A stretch of DNA of 64,000 nucleotides from Eledone cirrhosa (taxonomy: Eukaryota): assembly GCA_964016885.1 (NCBI GenBank), contig OZ024742.1:260586001-260650000 (forward strand), read 5' to 3'. This document shows, in pieces, positions 25,571 to 38,097 of this stretch (positions within the stretch are counted from its first letter, which is position 1; every line of letters begins with the position of its first letter). The notes under the pieces are model-generated. The model searched no databases, was not told the origin of the DNA, and saw only the letters and a list, made by a program, of their open reading frames with translations. The position numbers were made by a program, and so were the translations under genes.

Positions 25571-26177
25571 ATGTAGTAAAACACTGGAAAATGAGGACAA
25601 CAATAATTTATGATTTTCTTCAACAAATTACTAAAAGATTATACACTTTTATATCACCAAAAATTATAACACTACATCCAATCTTTCTTCACTAATAACA
25701 ATCAACTGTGAAATCCTTATTGAAAGAATGAAAGCTAACAAATTTTAATGTTTTGCAATGAGATAAGGAAGGTTACGTTTTTACTCTTACAACAATGTTT
25801 AATAATTTGATATTAAAAATATAGAATCTATATAGTTGTAAATTAGTACATGCATTTCAAATAGGTATGGATGAGTGGTTAAAATTGCTTCACAACATGG
25901 TTCTAAATTTGATACCACAAATATTCAGTTGAATAATGTTTTCACAGTTAAAGCCTGCCATGTATGACAGGTTTTCTCTCAATTTCTGTTAACCAAATTT
26001 CACTGAGAAAGTATTGCCCAATTCAAGAAAATAAATGAATAAATTAAGTACCAGACTTAAGTATTGTAATACCCTATTTAGCACTAATTCACTTTAGAAC
26101 TCTCACAAGCATTCAAGTATACTTTGACATAGATCTGAGTTAATGTCAATGTGAAAGACTGAGTTAATTAGGTTCAT

Positions 26178-27415
26178 ATCATCATCATCATCGTTTAACA
26201 TCTACCTTCCACGCTAGCATGGGTTAGACGGGAATTGTCCCACTCGTATAGGACTAACTGGCAGGTTTTCTATGGCTGGATGCCCTTCCTAACACCAACC
26301 ACATTTACTGTGAACTTTTTACTGTTATCTACACGGCCAGATTACAGCATGGACTGTGTGCTTTTTTTTGTCGAGACAGCTACACGACCTCATTAGTTTG
26401 GACTGGATGTTGTGGTACCAACTTAACTTTACAGAGAAAGGGTGGTGTTGGTGGGAGTGGGTGGTGGGTTAGGGTGTATATTTTGTTAAGAGGTGCCTAC
26501 TGACTATAGGTTTCGCTTTGTACATAGGCAAGGCAGGTCTTCTGTATTACTGCGTGGTGCCAAAGATCTCGGTCAGGTGACATTGTCTTAGAGAGGTGCA
26601 AGTGTGTAAGGTCGGAATTTATCAAATTGTCCCAGGTGTCTCTGGGTCTACCTACTCCGTAACTTCCATCAATTTTGATTGCCCTGCACTTTTTTATACA
26701 GCTGTTGTCTTTCATGCGCATCACGTGGCCATACCAATGTAGTCTTCTCTCAAGTAAACAGCATCTGATCCCTCTTATTCCTAATTTCGCACTTAGTTCA
26801 TTTATGTTTTGCCATTAACTTTAAGGCCTTTTGATTCTAGGCCATGCTTCCATGTTTGGAATTTCTTCTCTAGTTCAGCCATAGATTCAGCTAGGGAGTT
26901 AGATCATCTACATATAGAAGTTCCCATGGGCATCCAGTCTTAAACTCCTCTGTTATAGCATGAAGGGCAATAATAGGAGGGTGACTAAGGACAGAGCCTT
27001 GATGAACACCAACTTTTACGCTAAATTCTTCTATATTCATTGTTAATTCTAACCTTGCTGACTGCTTTTTTATACATGGCTTGTATAGCTCCCACAAACC
27101 ATTCATCTACACCTAGTTTTCTAAGGGCCCACCAGATAATGGAGCGGAGGACTCTGTCAAAGGCTTTCTCCAAGTCAACAAAAGCTAAGTAGAGGGGTTT
27201 ACTTTTAGCTAGGTACTTCTCCTGTAGTTGTCGTACCAGGAAAAGAGCATCTGTGGTACTTTTACCTGACACAAACCCAAACTGCATTTCATCTAGATCA
27301 ATTCAATCTCTGATTAGTTGAGCTATAACTCTTCCTGTGACCTTCATGACCTGGTCAGCTAACTTACTGCCTCTAGAGCATCTCCTTTACCCTTGTAGCA
27401 GTTAATGATGATGAT
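26178..27415 (-). mobile_element. RTE LINE copy with internal deletion
   Basis: QFGFVSGKSTTDALF, LYVDDL, GHVMRMK; close relative of 2199-3511; (GAT)n tail at 26178-26192. Confidence 0.92.
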
Positions 27416-28529
27416 GCTCATAGTAAAATGTTATTTATTGAAGATTTACCCGATCTAGCTCACCATCACTGTAGAACCAGTGACACTAGAAACAACTCTT
27501 ACTATTATATTCCTCAGTAGCTGTATGACTAACTTTGAAAAAACCAGTATAATTCTCAGTAAACTTATCAAACTTTTTAGACACAATATCCTGCTTTCAA
27601 GAGAGATGACTCTTGAATATGTGTACGACATTAGATGCATTTTTCAAAAAGCAACTATTTTACTGTTCTCTCTTCTCAAATATAACCTCTTCTGTACTGT
27701 TATACTCCTACTGTTTTTCCACTGAATTAATGGTGAGTTAACAGTAAAGACAAATGAAGGGGAGATAATTGCAGTTAAACCATTTTTGAAAATTGTTAGA
27801 ATCGGAAGAAAAAAATTGAAATTTCTCTTAAACCGGATTTGTGTGTATAAATTAGACTAAATTGTTAAATATGAAAGATTAACAGGGAAGAAATTGTTTA
27901 TAACCATTTGTAATCCGAAATGCTTATTTAGTACAAAAGATACCAATTTTAAAAGCAGGGCGAATAGGAAGGGCAATACATGACACTTTTCTGGGCCTCC
28001 AAGACTTGTAAGAGGACGCGGCAGTATACATACATGACAAGGCCTCCGAGACGGTGTCCACGACACTTTTCAAGACTTCTGAGACTTGTGGGAGGACGAG
28101 ACTGTTTATGACACTTTTCAAGATCTCCAAGATATGTGAGAGTACGGGACAGTATTCATGCTTGCAACAGAATGAACTCCGCTAGATTTGTCACCCCAAA
28201 ACAAATCTATCACACAAGAACGCAAATTGTTGAAACAAATAACATAAGACATCTCGACCGATACTCTACTAATTCTGCCGCTCTGGGCTGGAGCCTAATT
28301 TTACTGAACCCCAACAGAATTAATGACAAAGTTGATGAAAACAATCATCATCATATAGTTCAAGCCGCTTAATAATAGATTGGTACCGAGAAGTATTTCT
28401 GTCCAGGTAAATATTTAAATTCGAATATTAGAATAAACACGATGTTTTACACAAAAATAGAAATAATGGAACCATATAAACATAATACACAAAAATATAC
28501 AAAGCGAAAAAGATAAATATAAGTTCAAC

Positions 28530-28965
28530 ACTAAGTGCGTTATGGTAAGACCATTTGGTCCTTTCCCATCAATCTGGATAATCCAGCAGACTCCAGAACC
28601 GAGGGTATATTTACCCGAGCTATGACCCGCTTAATGATCAAGTTTAGCTCGCCGTGGTGAGCGAAGCGATCAGCATTCAAGCGGCAAGACAAACGCTGAA
28701 GGCCTGTGGAATCAAGCGGCCTACAACAGCAATATCTCAGTCCCCTACAGACATCAGCTCACACTGCGGAGCTCATCCAGACTGAGTAGACCACCAATAT
28801 CGGCCACAGACAAGACATCGTCCCAGTCACCCGAGAATTTTGAGCTTGCAGAAAGTAGGCGACACTTTGAGAATTGATCATATTAATCCAAGAGATAACT
28901 GAACGTATCTCTCGAACGCAGATTATCCCATAGTATCTGCTTAAGTCTATCCTCACCTGTATCAA
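28530..28965 (-). mobile_element. CRE-clade non-LTR retrotransposon C-terminal (Zn knuckle / restriction-like endonuclease) remnant
   Basis: My translation across stops/shifts: KQILWD..CRLLSASSKFSGDW..LDELR.. / LDSTGLQRLSCRLNADRFAHHGELNLIIKRVIARVNIPSVLESAGLSR-DGKGPNGLTI, like the CRE pattern RH..LN.IIKR.L....P..LEP.GL.R.DGKRPDG. Confidence 0.7.
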
Positions 28966-29564
28966 GAAATAACAAACCTAGCTCTCTCCACTGCAGAACT
29001 TCATCCATCTCCGTTTTAACTAGACCATGTTGAAAAAGAGAGGATGTTACTACCTAAGAGGAGCAAGCGTGGATGGAGGGAGGAAAACAGAGAATAAACT
29101 AGAACACTATTACTATAAATATACACAAGTAATTTAAGTGATGGAAGTAAAATATGTGGTTAATTCGGTGATATATGGCTCTCGTCTAGAATAAACAGTC
29201 AAAAATAATAGTTTACAACTGACCAATTTAATAAACTAGATTAAATATATGCTTTACTAGTGTTTGTTGGATCAACTTTACTCGCTTGTCCCCAACTTTA
29301 ATATTTTAGGTTTCAAAATTAACAATTTATCAAAGCTTCAAGAAAAATAAAATACATGTAGAAGAAAAAAACGTAAAATCATTAGCAGTTTCAATATTAA
29401 AAATTTAAGTAACCTACGGTGTAATGTTTTGTTAACTGTAATTTCAACCAAATTTTCAACTAGTAGTGTGTTATTGCAGTTAACTCCCTTTATTTGTTTA
29501 CAAACTGCATTCTGATTGGTCCATTCCTTATACAATCACTTGAGGGAGAATTTGTTATTTTATT

Positions 29565-30170
29565 ATTATAAGGTTAGCTTTGCCTTTTCGTCCTTAAGGG
29601 GTCGATAAAATAAAGTGCAAGTAACGCACTAGATCGATTTAATCGACTTTTCCCTTCCACAAAAAATTTGTTGGTTTTGTGCCTAAATCTGAAACCATTA
29701 TTTGGCGTGGAAAAGTGTTGAAGTGGCAATAATCGGTAGAGCGTCAGACAACATGCTTTGCGGCATATAGTTACGGCCTTTTACGTTCTGAGTTCAAATC
29801 CCATTGCAGCAGATAAAATAAAGTACCAGTTAAGTACAGGAGTCGATATAATCGACTTTCCCTTCCCACTAAAATTGCTGACTTTGTGCCAGAATACCAG
29901 GCAGTATCAGTAGAGGGTCGGACGCCATGCTTTGACACATAGAGTTACGGCCCTTGCCATTCTGAGTTCAAATCCCGCCGAGGTTAACTTTGCCTTTCAT
30001 CCTTATGGGGGTCGATAAAATAAAGTACCAGTAATACACTGGGTAATTGCTAGTCTTCTGCCAAAAGTAGAAACAATTATTATCTAACAGTGAACTGGCA
30101 GAATGTTCGGTAGAATAGTTTGTGGTATTACGCTCTAAGTTCAAATCCCGTCGAGATCAACTTTGTCAGT
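29565..30170 (+). repeat. Tandem cluster of tRNA-derived SINE units (octopus OK-like)
   Basis: Repeated ttctgagttcaaatccc (B box)...tttgcctttcatcctt..ggggtcgataaaataaagtaccagt units. Confidence 0.8.
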
Positions 30171-31059
30171 AACCTTTTGTTTGAAGTTTCCATAAAGTGA
30201 AGGAATAAAATGAAATATGTTGGCAATAATGAATTTTGCAAAGCTCTTGGCATATAGTAGAATTACGAATTAATTTCAAAGATGCAAGAAACTCAATGGT
30301 AGATTGATTGAAACGGGTTATGTACAGAGATTACCAGATTTCTTCTTTCACTTGTGTGATAGAGATTTGGCTGCTATTGTTGTTGTTTAGTCCCAGGTCA
30401 ACCTTATTGAGCAGACTTATGATCAAAGTCATTCTAACAATAAGGATTACATTATCTAATGTTTCTTCAATAGTGGAAAAAAGACAGCCCACCCACCACT
30501 AGATATCCATTTTCTATAATATAACACATTCCAATGTTAATGTTAGCCGAATGGAAAGTTGATTGGGTAAACTGGCAAGTACAGTTATGTAGATATGTTT
30601 TGTGTGCAAGAGGTGAGATGAGGAGAGCCTCAACCAAACTCCTTTCAGTGGATAGATAAAGTAATTGAAGAAGCGAAGTTAGTGATTGTTATGAAAGAGG
30701 ATTATAAACATGACAAATACAATAATTTTGGTTAGATATATAACTTTACTTCACTTCAGCAAAAAGGAAAGAATATGATTACTTCAAATCATAAAAATAT
30801 AAAGTTCGATGGAAGCACTCACAAATGAATACAGTGTTCAAAACGTTCTCTGTGTTTTGCTGGAGAATCTTTGTTTAAATGTGATATGCACAATTAGAAG
30901 GTGACAAGTTGTAGTCAGCATAGACAGTAGTAAGGTCACAGTGCAAGAAAGCTGTGTCATCTATATCAAGAGGCAGATGATTCTCTGTGTGGTTGATGGT
31001 TGAAGTGCCAATGGAAGAATTTTTGTCGGGCCCTTGTCGACAGGGCCAAAGTTTCTTTT

Positions 31060-32362
31060 GCTAAGTGCTACCGGAATTTGATAGCACTTGTTTCCTGTGG
31101 TCATTTGCTATTTACTGTCCCATACAGCAGCTAGATGTAAAACCTATATTCTTAGCTAAACTTCCTAAGATCCCGCTACATATCTTGTGCACCCATAATT
31201 TGTATTTGGGACAGAGGATGGAATTTCTACCATTATCTTTCCTACACACTGAGCAAGGTCATTTCCCTGAGGGGATTAGAGTTCTGTTTTCTCTTCTACT
31301 TACTAGGACCTTAGTTTTTGTCAGGTTGACTTTAAGACCCCTTGTTTCTAGGCCCTGCTTCTATGTTTGGAATTTCTTCTCTAGTTACACCATAGACTCC
31401 GCTATGAGTGTAAGATCATCCATGTGCAGGAGTTCCCATGGACAACCGGTCTTAAACTCCTCTGTTATAGCCTGCAGAATGATAATAAACAGGAGAGGGC
31501 TAAAAATAGATCCCTAGTGGACGCAACCTGCATGCTAAATTCTTTGCTATAGTCATTGTTAATCCTGACTTTGCTGACTGTTCCCCTGTACCTAGCTTGT
31601 ACAGCCTTCACAAGCCACTTATCTACTCCTAGTTTTCTAAGAGCCCACCAGATTATGGCACAGGGCACTCTGTCAAAAGCTTTCTCCAGATCAACAAATT
31701 CCAGGTAGAGCAGCTTACTTTTAGCTAGGTACTTTTCCTGTAGCTGCTTCACCAGGAAAAGTGCATCTGTGGTGCTTTTGCCTGGTACAAATCAAAACTG
31801 CATCTCATCTAGATTTACCCGGTCCCTAATCAGCTGTGCTATAACTCTTCCTGTTACTTTCATGACCTGGTCCATCAACTTGATGCCTCTATAGTTTCCT
31901 CTATCTGGTGCATCTCCTTTACTCTTGTAGCAGTTGACAATGATACTGCTGCGCCAATCATTCAGTATGAAACCATTTAATATTACTTGGTTTACAATAT
32001 GTGTGGTTGAGGTGTGACTTACCAACCCAGATGCTTTCAGCATTTCAGTAACTATTCCCGATGGACTGACTGCTTTCCCGGTCTTCATATCCTTAATTGC
32101 TTTACTTACAACACTGCTGCTGACTTGTATGGCTGGGCCCTCCATAGGGTCCACTTGGGGTAGGCTCTCTTTTTCCCATGCATTCTCCTCATTCAGTAAT
32201 TTATCATGACTCTTCCATGCAGCTTTCTTTTTGGCACCTGTGAGGGCATATGCACTTTTATCATCTCAGACACACTCTCACCAGTGAAATTACAATTTTC
32301 TCTAATGCACTGCCTCACAATCCTGAACACCTCATGTTTCTGGTCTTCACGCTGCAAAACAT
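31060..32362 (-). mobile_element. RTE family A internal fragment
   Basis: Reverse complement closely follows 3581-4850 (DPMEGPAIQV, VDLEKAFDRV). Confidence 0.92.
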
Positions 32363-32369
32363 GTTTGAA

Positions 32370-32990
32370 TTTTTTATCGTCTGCTTTCAAAACTTTCCAG
32401 TCAAGAGGTATCCACACCATTATCCTTCTCTTCTCTACTTTTGCCCAGTCACACCTTGAATACTATTGTCCACTGTGGTCTCCTCACATGAAACTAAGTA
32501 TTATGAAAATTGAAACACCTCAAAGGTTAATTATTAAAAAGATAGACAACATGACAGGCCTTGACTATTGGGGTTGATTAGAAAAGCTCAAACCCTACTC
32601 TCTCCAATGCTGATGTGGAAAATATTCCATCAGCATTGGCCAAATGATGTTGGCATCACCTAAGGTTTGGGCCCTGTGCTATCTGTCCACAACAAAAATC
32701 AAACTTGCATCTCATAACACTATGGCACAATTATTTCACCTCAACTGATCCCGCTCGCTTTAACATCACACAAAAGCACATAAAAACTGAAACAGATCCC
32801 ATAAAATTCAAAATGTCTTTGGACAAATTCCACCAAGAAATTCTGGATTTACACCGAGATATATCTCCAAAAACAATAACTCTCTACTTGAGTGGGTTAT
32901 GGTGTCCAAATCATGAATTAAAAGACTTTGCCAGGTGGTGCTCTTAAGTTAGACATGGTCTGGACCAATATTGGCCTAAAGTTATCAAAG
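32370..32990 (+). mobile_element. CR1-type LINE 3' fragment
   Basis: SHLEYYCPLWSPH..KIETPQR..GLDYW..LEKLKPYSL. Confidence 0.75.
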
Positions 32991-33304
32991 CATCAAAGTT
33001 TATATAGACTTTCTCTGACGTCACATAAAATACTGTGTTTACTTGTAGATTAATTGCTACAAGTTAGTTTTGTCTTGTCTCAGACACTGTGATCATGGGT
33101 TGACCAGCAGTACCGTTGGTAGGGGTCAAAAATGGCCGATGACCCTGGAGTTCTGTACCTTTCATTTGTATTTTTATTTTCAAAAAATAATTTTTTAAGG
33201 TTTCCTCTTCAAAAAATTGTTTTTTGTTTTGCCTTCTTTTCATTCGTTGTCTTGTCCTCTCTTTGTTAATTTCCCTATGTTTATCATATATATATATATA
33301 TATG

Positions 33305-35497
33305 AGTATCATCATCATCACTGTTTAATGTCTATTTTCACACACTAGCAGGGAGACAAGTTTGAGACAAATCAGGTCAGAACTGACTGTATGAGCAATA
33401 CTGTGTCTTGCTCATACTGTGGAGCCCAGAACTGGATGGTACCGCTATGAGGAAGGAGAAGCCAGCTGGCCGCGCAAAACACATCTCATAACTGAACCAT
33501 AGTTTTAGAGCGTGGTACTGGATGACACTGATACGAGGAGGGACAGGCCAGTTGGCCGCGCCAAAACCCTTCTACAGAGGAACAGTCTGTGAGTCTGAAA
33601 TTGGGTGGTGCCGCTAAATGAGGAGGGACAGGCTAGCTGGTCGCACAAAACCCTCTTCATAGCAAAGCCATAGTTTGGGAACCACAACTATATTTACAAC
33701 CCGGTACTGGATGTCACCACTATGGGGAGGGCCAGGCCAATTGGCTGTGTCAAACCCTTCACACGGCAGGACTACAGTTTGGCTGCCACATGGCATCACT
33801 ATGAGTAGGGACTGACCACAGTCCGGGAGCCTGGAACTGGATGGCGCCACTAATGAGAAGAGACAGGCCAGTTGGTTGTGCCAAACCCCTCTTGCAGTGG
33901 AGTCACAATTTGGATGCTGAATTGCACCGCTATGAGGAAGGACAAGCCAGTTGGCTGTAGCAAACCCATCTCACAGCGGGACCATTGTTTTGGAGCTTGA
34001 TATTGGATGATACTGCTATGAGGAGGGACAGGCCAGTTGTCCGCATCAAACCTTTCTCTCATCGGAACCATAATTTGGGCACCACAACCATGTTTGCAGT
34101 GTGGAACTGGGTGGCACCACTATGGGGAGGGCCAAGCCAGTTAACCACACTGAACCCATCTCACAGCAGTACCACAGTTTTGGTGCCACAACCACATTTA
34201 CAGTGTGGAACAGCTGTGAGGAAGGATAGGCCATTTGACCATGATGCACCCTTCTCACTGCGGAAACCACAGTTTGGAACTGGATGGCACTGCTATGCAG
34301 AGGAACAAGCCTGTTGGCCATGCCGAACCTTTCCCACAGCTCAGGAACTGCATTTACAGTGTGGCACCGCTGTGAGGAAGTACAGGCCATTTGGCTGCGA
34401 CAAACTCTTCTCACTGCATACCGCAGTTTGGGAGCCTGGAACTGGATGGCACCGCTATGAGGAGGGACAGACCTGTTGGCTGCACCAAACCCTTCATACA
34501 GTGGACCCACATTTCAGATGCTACATGGCACCACTATGAGAAGGAACAGGCCAGTTGGCTGTGCTGTACCCCTCTCACAGCTGAGTCACAGTTCGGTTGA
34601 TGCATAGCACTGCTATAAGGAGGGACAGGCCAGTTGGCTGCGCCTAACCCATCTCACAGTGGAACCATAGTTTTGGAGCCCGTTACTGGATGACATCGCT
34701 ATGAGAAGGCCAGTTGGACGCACTGAACCCTTCTCACAGTGTAACTGCTGACCACGCAGAACTATAGTTTATGAGGGAGGTCATGTCAACCTTACTCATA
34801 AGTTATTGGGTGGGCCTACCGTCAACCATGTTTGTGGTGTGGGGCTGGGAGGAGCTGTGCCGGGGTTGAGTTGTCGACACGTGTCTTTTGTCGTACGTTG
34901 CAGCGCCAGAGGACTTGGTTTTGTGTCATCCTCAATGGGAGGTTCAGTTGAGTCAGGTCTGCCTTTATCATTTCATCCCACGTCTACCTGGGTCTCCTTC
35001 TTTTAGGGTATCCTGCAACTTTTAAAGACCTGCACCTCTTTAAGTAGCTTCTCTTCTGCACACAGCATTTGATCCCTCTTATGCCCAGTTTTGCCCTTAA
35101 TACATTTACACTTTGCTGTTCATATACACTTCTGTTACACATCCATCTGATCATATAGGTTTCGTTTCTTTCCAGTCTTCATAGGTCCTCAGCACACATA
35201 GCCCATGTTTTGCTACCATGTAGCATTGCTGAAGGACAATAATGAAGAGGAGGGGGCTAAGGATGGAACCCTGGTGAATTCCCACCTGTACGCTTAATTC
35301 CTCACTGTATTCATTGTTGATTTTAACTTTGCTGGTGGCTACTCTGTACATGGCCAGTACTGCTCTCACAAGCCATTTATCTACACCTTGTTTTCTAAGA
35401 GCTCAACATATTATGGGTCGAAAGCTTTCTCTAAGTCCACAAAGGCTAGGTAGAGCGGCTTGCTTTTAGCCAAGTACTTCTCCTGAATTTGCCTCAC
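33305..35497 (-). mobile_element. Deleted RTE copy whose 3' UTR holds a tandem array
   Basis: RT pieces 35000-35497; ORF2 end RPR*TWDEMIKADL..W at ~34870-35005; (GAT)n tail at 33308-33320; array in between. Confidence 0.7.
33415..34745. repeat. Diverged tandem array, ~83-105 bp units
   Basis: Recurrent actggatggcaccgctatgaggagggacaggccagttggc...cccttctcacag; first units start at 33431, 33517 and 33600. Confidence 0.9.
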
Positions 35498-36043
35498 AAT
35501 AATAATAATAATAATAATACGCACGTGGTGGATAGAGTATTATGGAATCGCTCCCATAAGTTTTTGATGTTTTACATATTTAAAACAATTGTGATAGAAT
35601 AATTCTTATTACAAATGGGACAACTCTCAGGAAGTGAGAACCCATAACACCCTGGCATATGGCTCAAATATTTAATTTTGTATTAGAAATTTTATATTCA
35701 AAAAAGAAAATGGCTACAAATGGAAGAAAATCCCTCTGTGTACACTAAATACTACAGCCAAGTAATTTCACCACCACCAACACCACCACTACCACAAAAT
35801 TTAGCTAGAAACAAACCAACAGAGGCAACAACACCATCACTACAGTACCACTACCCCATCACCACCGTCACCACTCCATCATTGCTACAATAAAATGATC
35901 TGAGAAGGACCCAAAAAGTCCCACTACTTTGGCACAAGGCCAGCAACTACATAGTCAACGGTTCGGAAATCACATGCATCACTGACGAGTTTACTCCTTA
36001 CTCTATCAGTTAGTCTTAGTGTACTTCATCCTGCTTTTAGGTC

Positions 36044-36429
36044 ATGCCTCGAAGGAAGAGATACTCCATTGGCCGAAATACTGCGAAAGTGGCAAGAAAA
36101 AGAACAAGGTGGGCAAACGAATCGTCAGTGGAATCTGCTATTCGACAGTTGCAAGATGCTGAACGTACTGCCACCAGAAGAGCACTTGAAACAGACAACC
36201 AACGAACCATTCACTGAACCGTATCAGCTTTGCAATGTCTATCAACAAATCCCAGGGTCAGACCCTAGCTGTTGCTGGTCTTCTTTTGGAAGAGTCATGT
36301 TTTTCACACGGGCAACTGTACGTTGGCTGCTCAAGAGTGGGAAGCAAGACAAATCTCTTTGCATATGCCTGACACGGAAGAACAAGGAACATTGTGTACA
36401 AGGAGGTGCTACAATCATTGTTTAGGTAG
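36044..36429 (+). pseudogene. Helitron Rep/helicase remnant: N-terminus fused to Pif1-type helicase C-terminus
   Basis: 36044 MPRRKRYSIGRNTAKVARKR...; 36220-36429 RISFAMSINKSQGQTL..CFSHGQLYVGCSRVG..TRNIVYKEVL (SF1B helicase motifs V-VI), one stop. Confidence 0.85.
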
Positions 36430-37229
36430 ACGAGGCAGAAGGGGATATACACGATTGGCTGAAGAAGGACGACACTGTGTTAGTAGTACGACCAGCGGCT
36501 GCTATCACATCAACAGCAGCAAAAACAACAACAAAAAAGAGGGAACGCAATTACATGCTTTTGAAAAATCTTAATGGAAAATTATTTGCCTAAGCACAAA
36601 ATGTAGACACCATCCCCAGGCCGAGATATTCCGTACTTATCTGTACTGTTTCAGAAAGGAGGGATAAACATGCCAATCTATGTTTAGAAGCCTGAGCAAC
36701 ACCGCGCCATTCTGTTAGTGTACTAGTCGAAAAACTACAGAACAGAACACAGACAAAAACAAACGCAACATCAAAAGAAAAGCAAAATTCAAAAGTTTTG
36801 AACGCAACACTGCCTACCTCCCTCGTTGCTATGACTACGAGCTTAGCGTAACTAAAATCAAAAACAGCAGCAGCAGCAACAACACTAGTAACTGATGTTA
36901 CTGGACTTGAAAAACAAAAAAGGAAAAACAAAGTCAGACATTCAAACATTATAATGACACCTTCCCATCCCACCACCACCGCCGTCACTACCATTGAAAA
37001 ATGAAAATAAAAATGATAATGATTTGAATGATTTGTTGATGTTGGTGGTGGTGTGCTGATGATGATAGTGATTGTTTCTGCTTTTGGAGCAGGGCCGGCA
37101 ATTGTCCCGGTGGATTGCTGCTGCTCTGTTTTGTTGACCCCGTAGAAGTGAGGAGCGGGGTTGATTGACCTCGGCGGGAATTGTGGTTCAGACCATAAAT
37201 AGCAGATGCTGATGATAATAATAATTGTA

Positions 37230-37975
37230 TTTGCTTTTGGCACAGGGCCAGCGATTGACCTCGGCAGGATTTGTGGTCAGACCATAAATTGTAGACGCTG
37301 ATGATGGTGGTTGATTCTGCTTTTGCCACGGGGCCAGCAATTATCCCAGTGTGTTGCTGGGACTCTATTTTATCAACTCTGTAAGATAATAATAATTGTT
37401 TCTACTTTTGGCACAAGGCCAGAAATTACCCAGCGTATTACTGGTACTTTATTTTATCGACCCCATAAGTATGAAATGCAAAGTTAACCTCGGCGGGATT
37501 TGAACTCAGAATGGCAAGGACCATAACTCTATGCGTCAAAGCATGGCGTCCGACCCTCTATCGATACTGCCAATCCACCGCCCTGTATCTGTAAGAAAAT
37601 AATTGTTTCTACTTTAGGCACAAGGCCAGCAGTTACCCAGTATATTACTGGTACTTTATTTTATCGACCCCGTAAAGATGAAAGGCAAAGTTAACCTCAA
37701 CGGGATTTGAACTCAGACTGTAAAGGGACGTAACTATGCTAGAAAGCATGGCGTCCAACCCTCTACCGATACTGCCGCAAGATAATAATAATTGTTTCTA
37801 CTTTAGGCACAAGGCCAGCAATTATCCAGTGCATTACTGGTACTTTATTTTATCGACCCCGTAACAATGAAAGGCAAAGTCAACCTCGGCGGGATTTGAA
37901 CTCAGATCGTAAAGGGACGTAACTATGCTGGAAAGCATGGCGCCCGACCCTCTACTGATACTGCCAATCCACCGA
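37230..37975 (-). repeat. Head-to-tail array of OK-like SINE units
   Basis: Three ~180-205 bp full units (37385-37975) plus degenerate partial units upstream; same family as 29880-30085. Confidence 0.85.
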
Positions 37976-38097
37976 ATAATGACTAATAAACAGGATTCAC
38001 ATTAGGAAAACATTAAAAACAGCACAAAAAATAATGATAGATAAATGTCACATAAATTGCCCCAAAATTTATTTATTTTATTTTATTTTTTTTTTTT

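Noticed and set aside
33415-34745. CRISPR-like or coding zinc-finger reading of the array
   Set aside because: Whole units are homologous with no unique spacers and no cas genes; unit lengths do not keep frame.
36590-37329. 217-aa and 113-aa hydrophobic ORFs
   Set aside because: Built from trinucleotide runs and degenerate SINE pieces.
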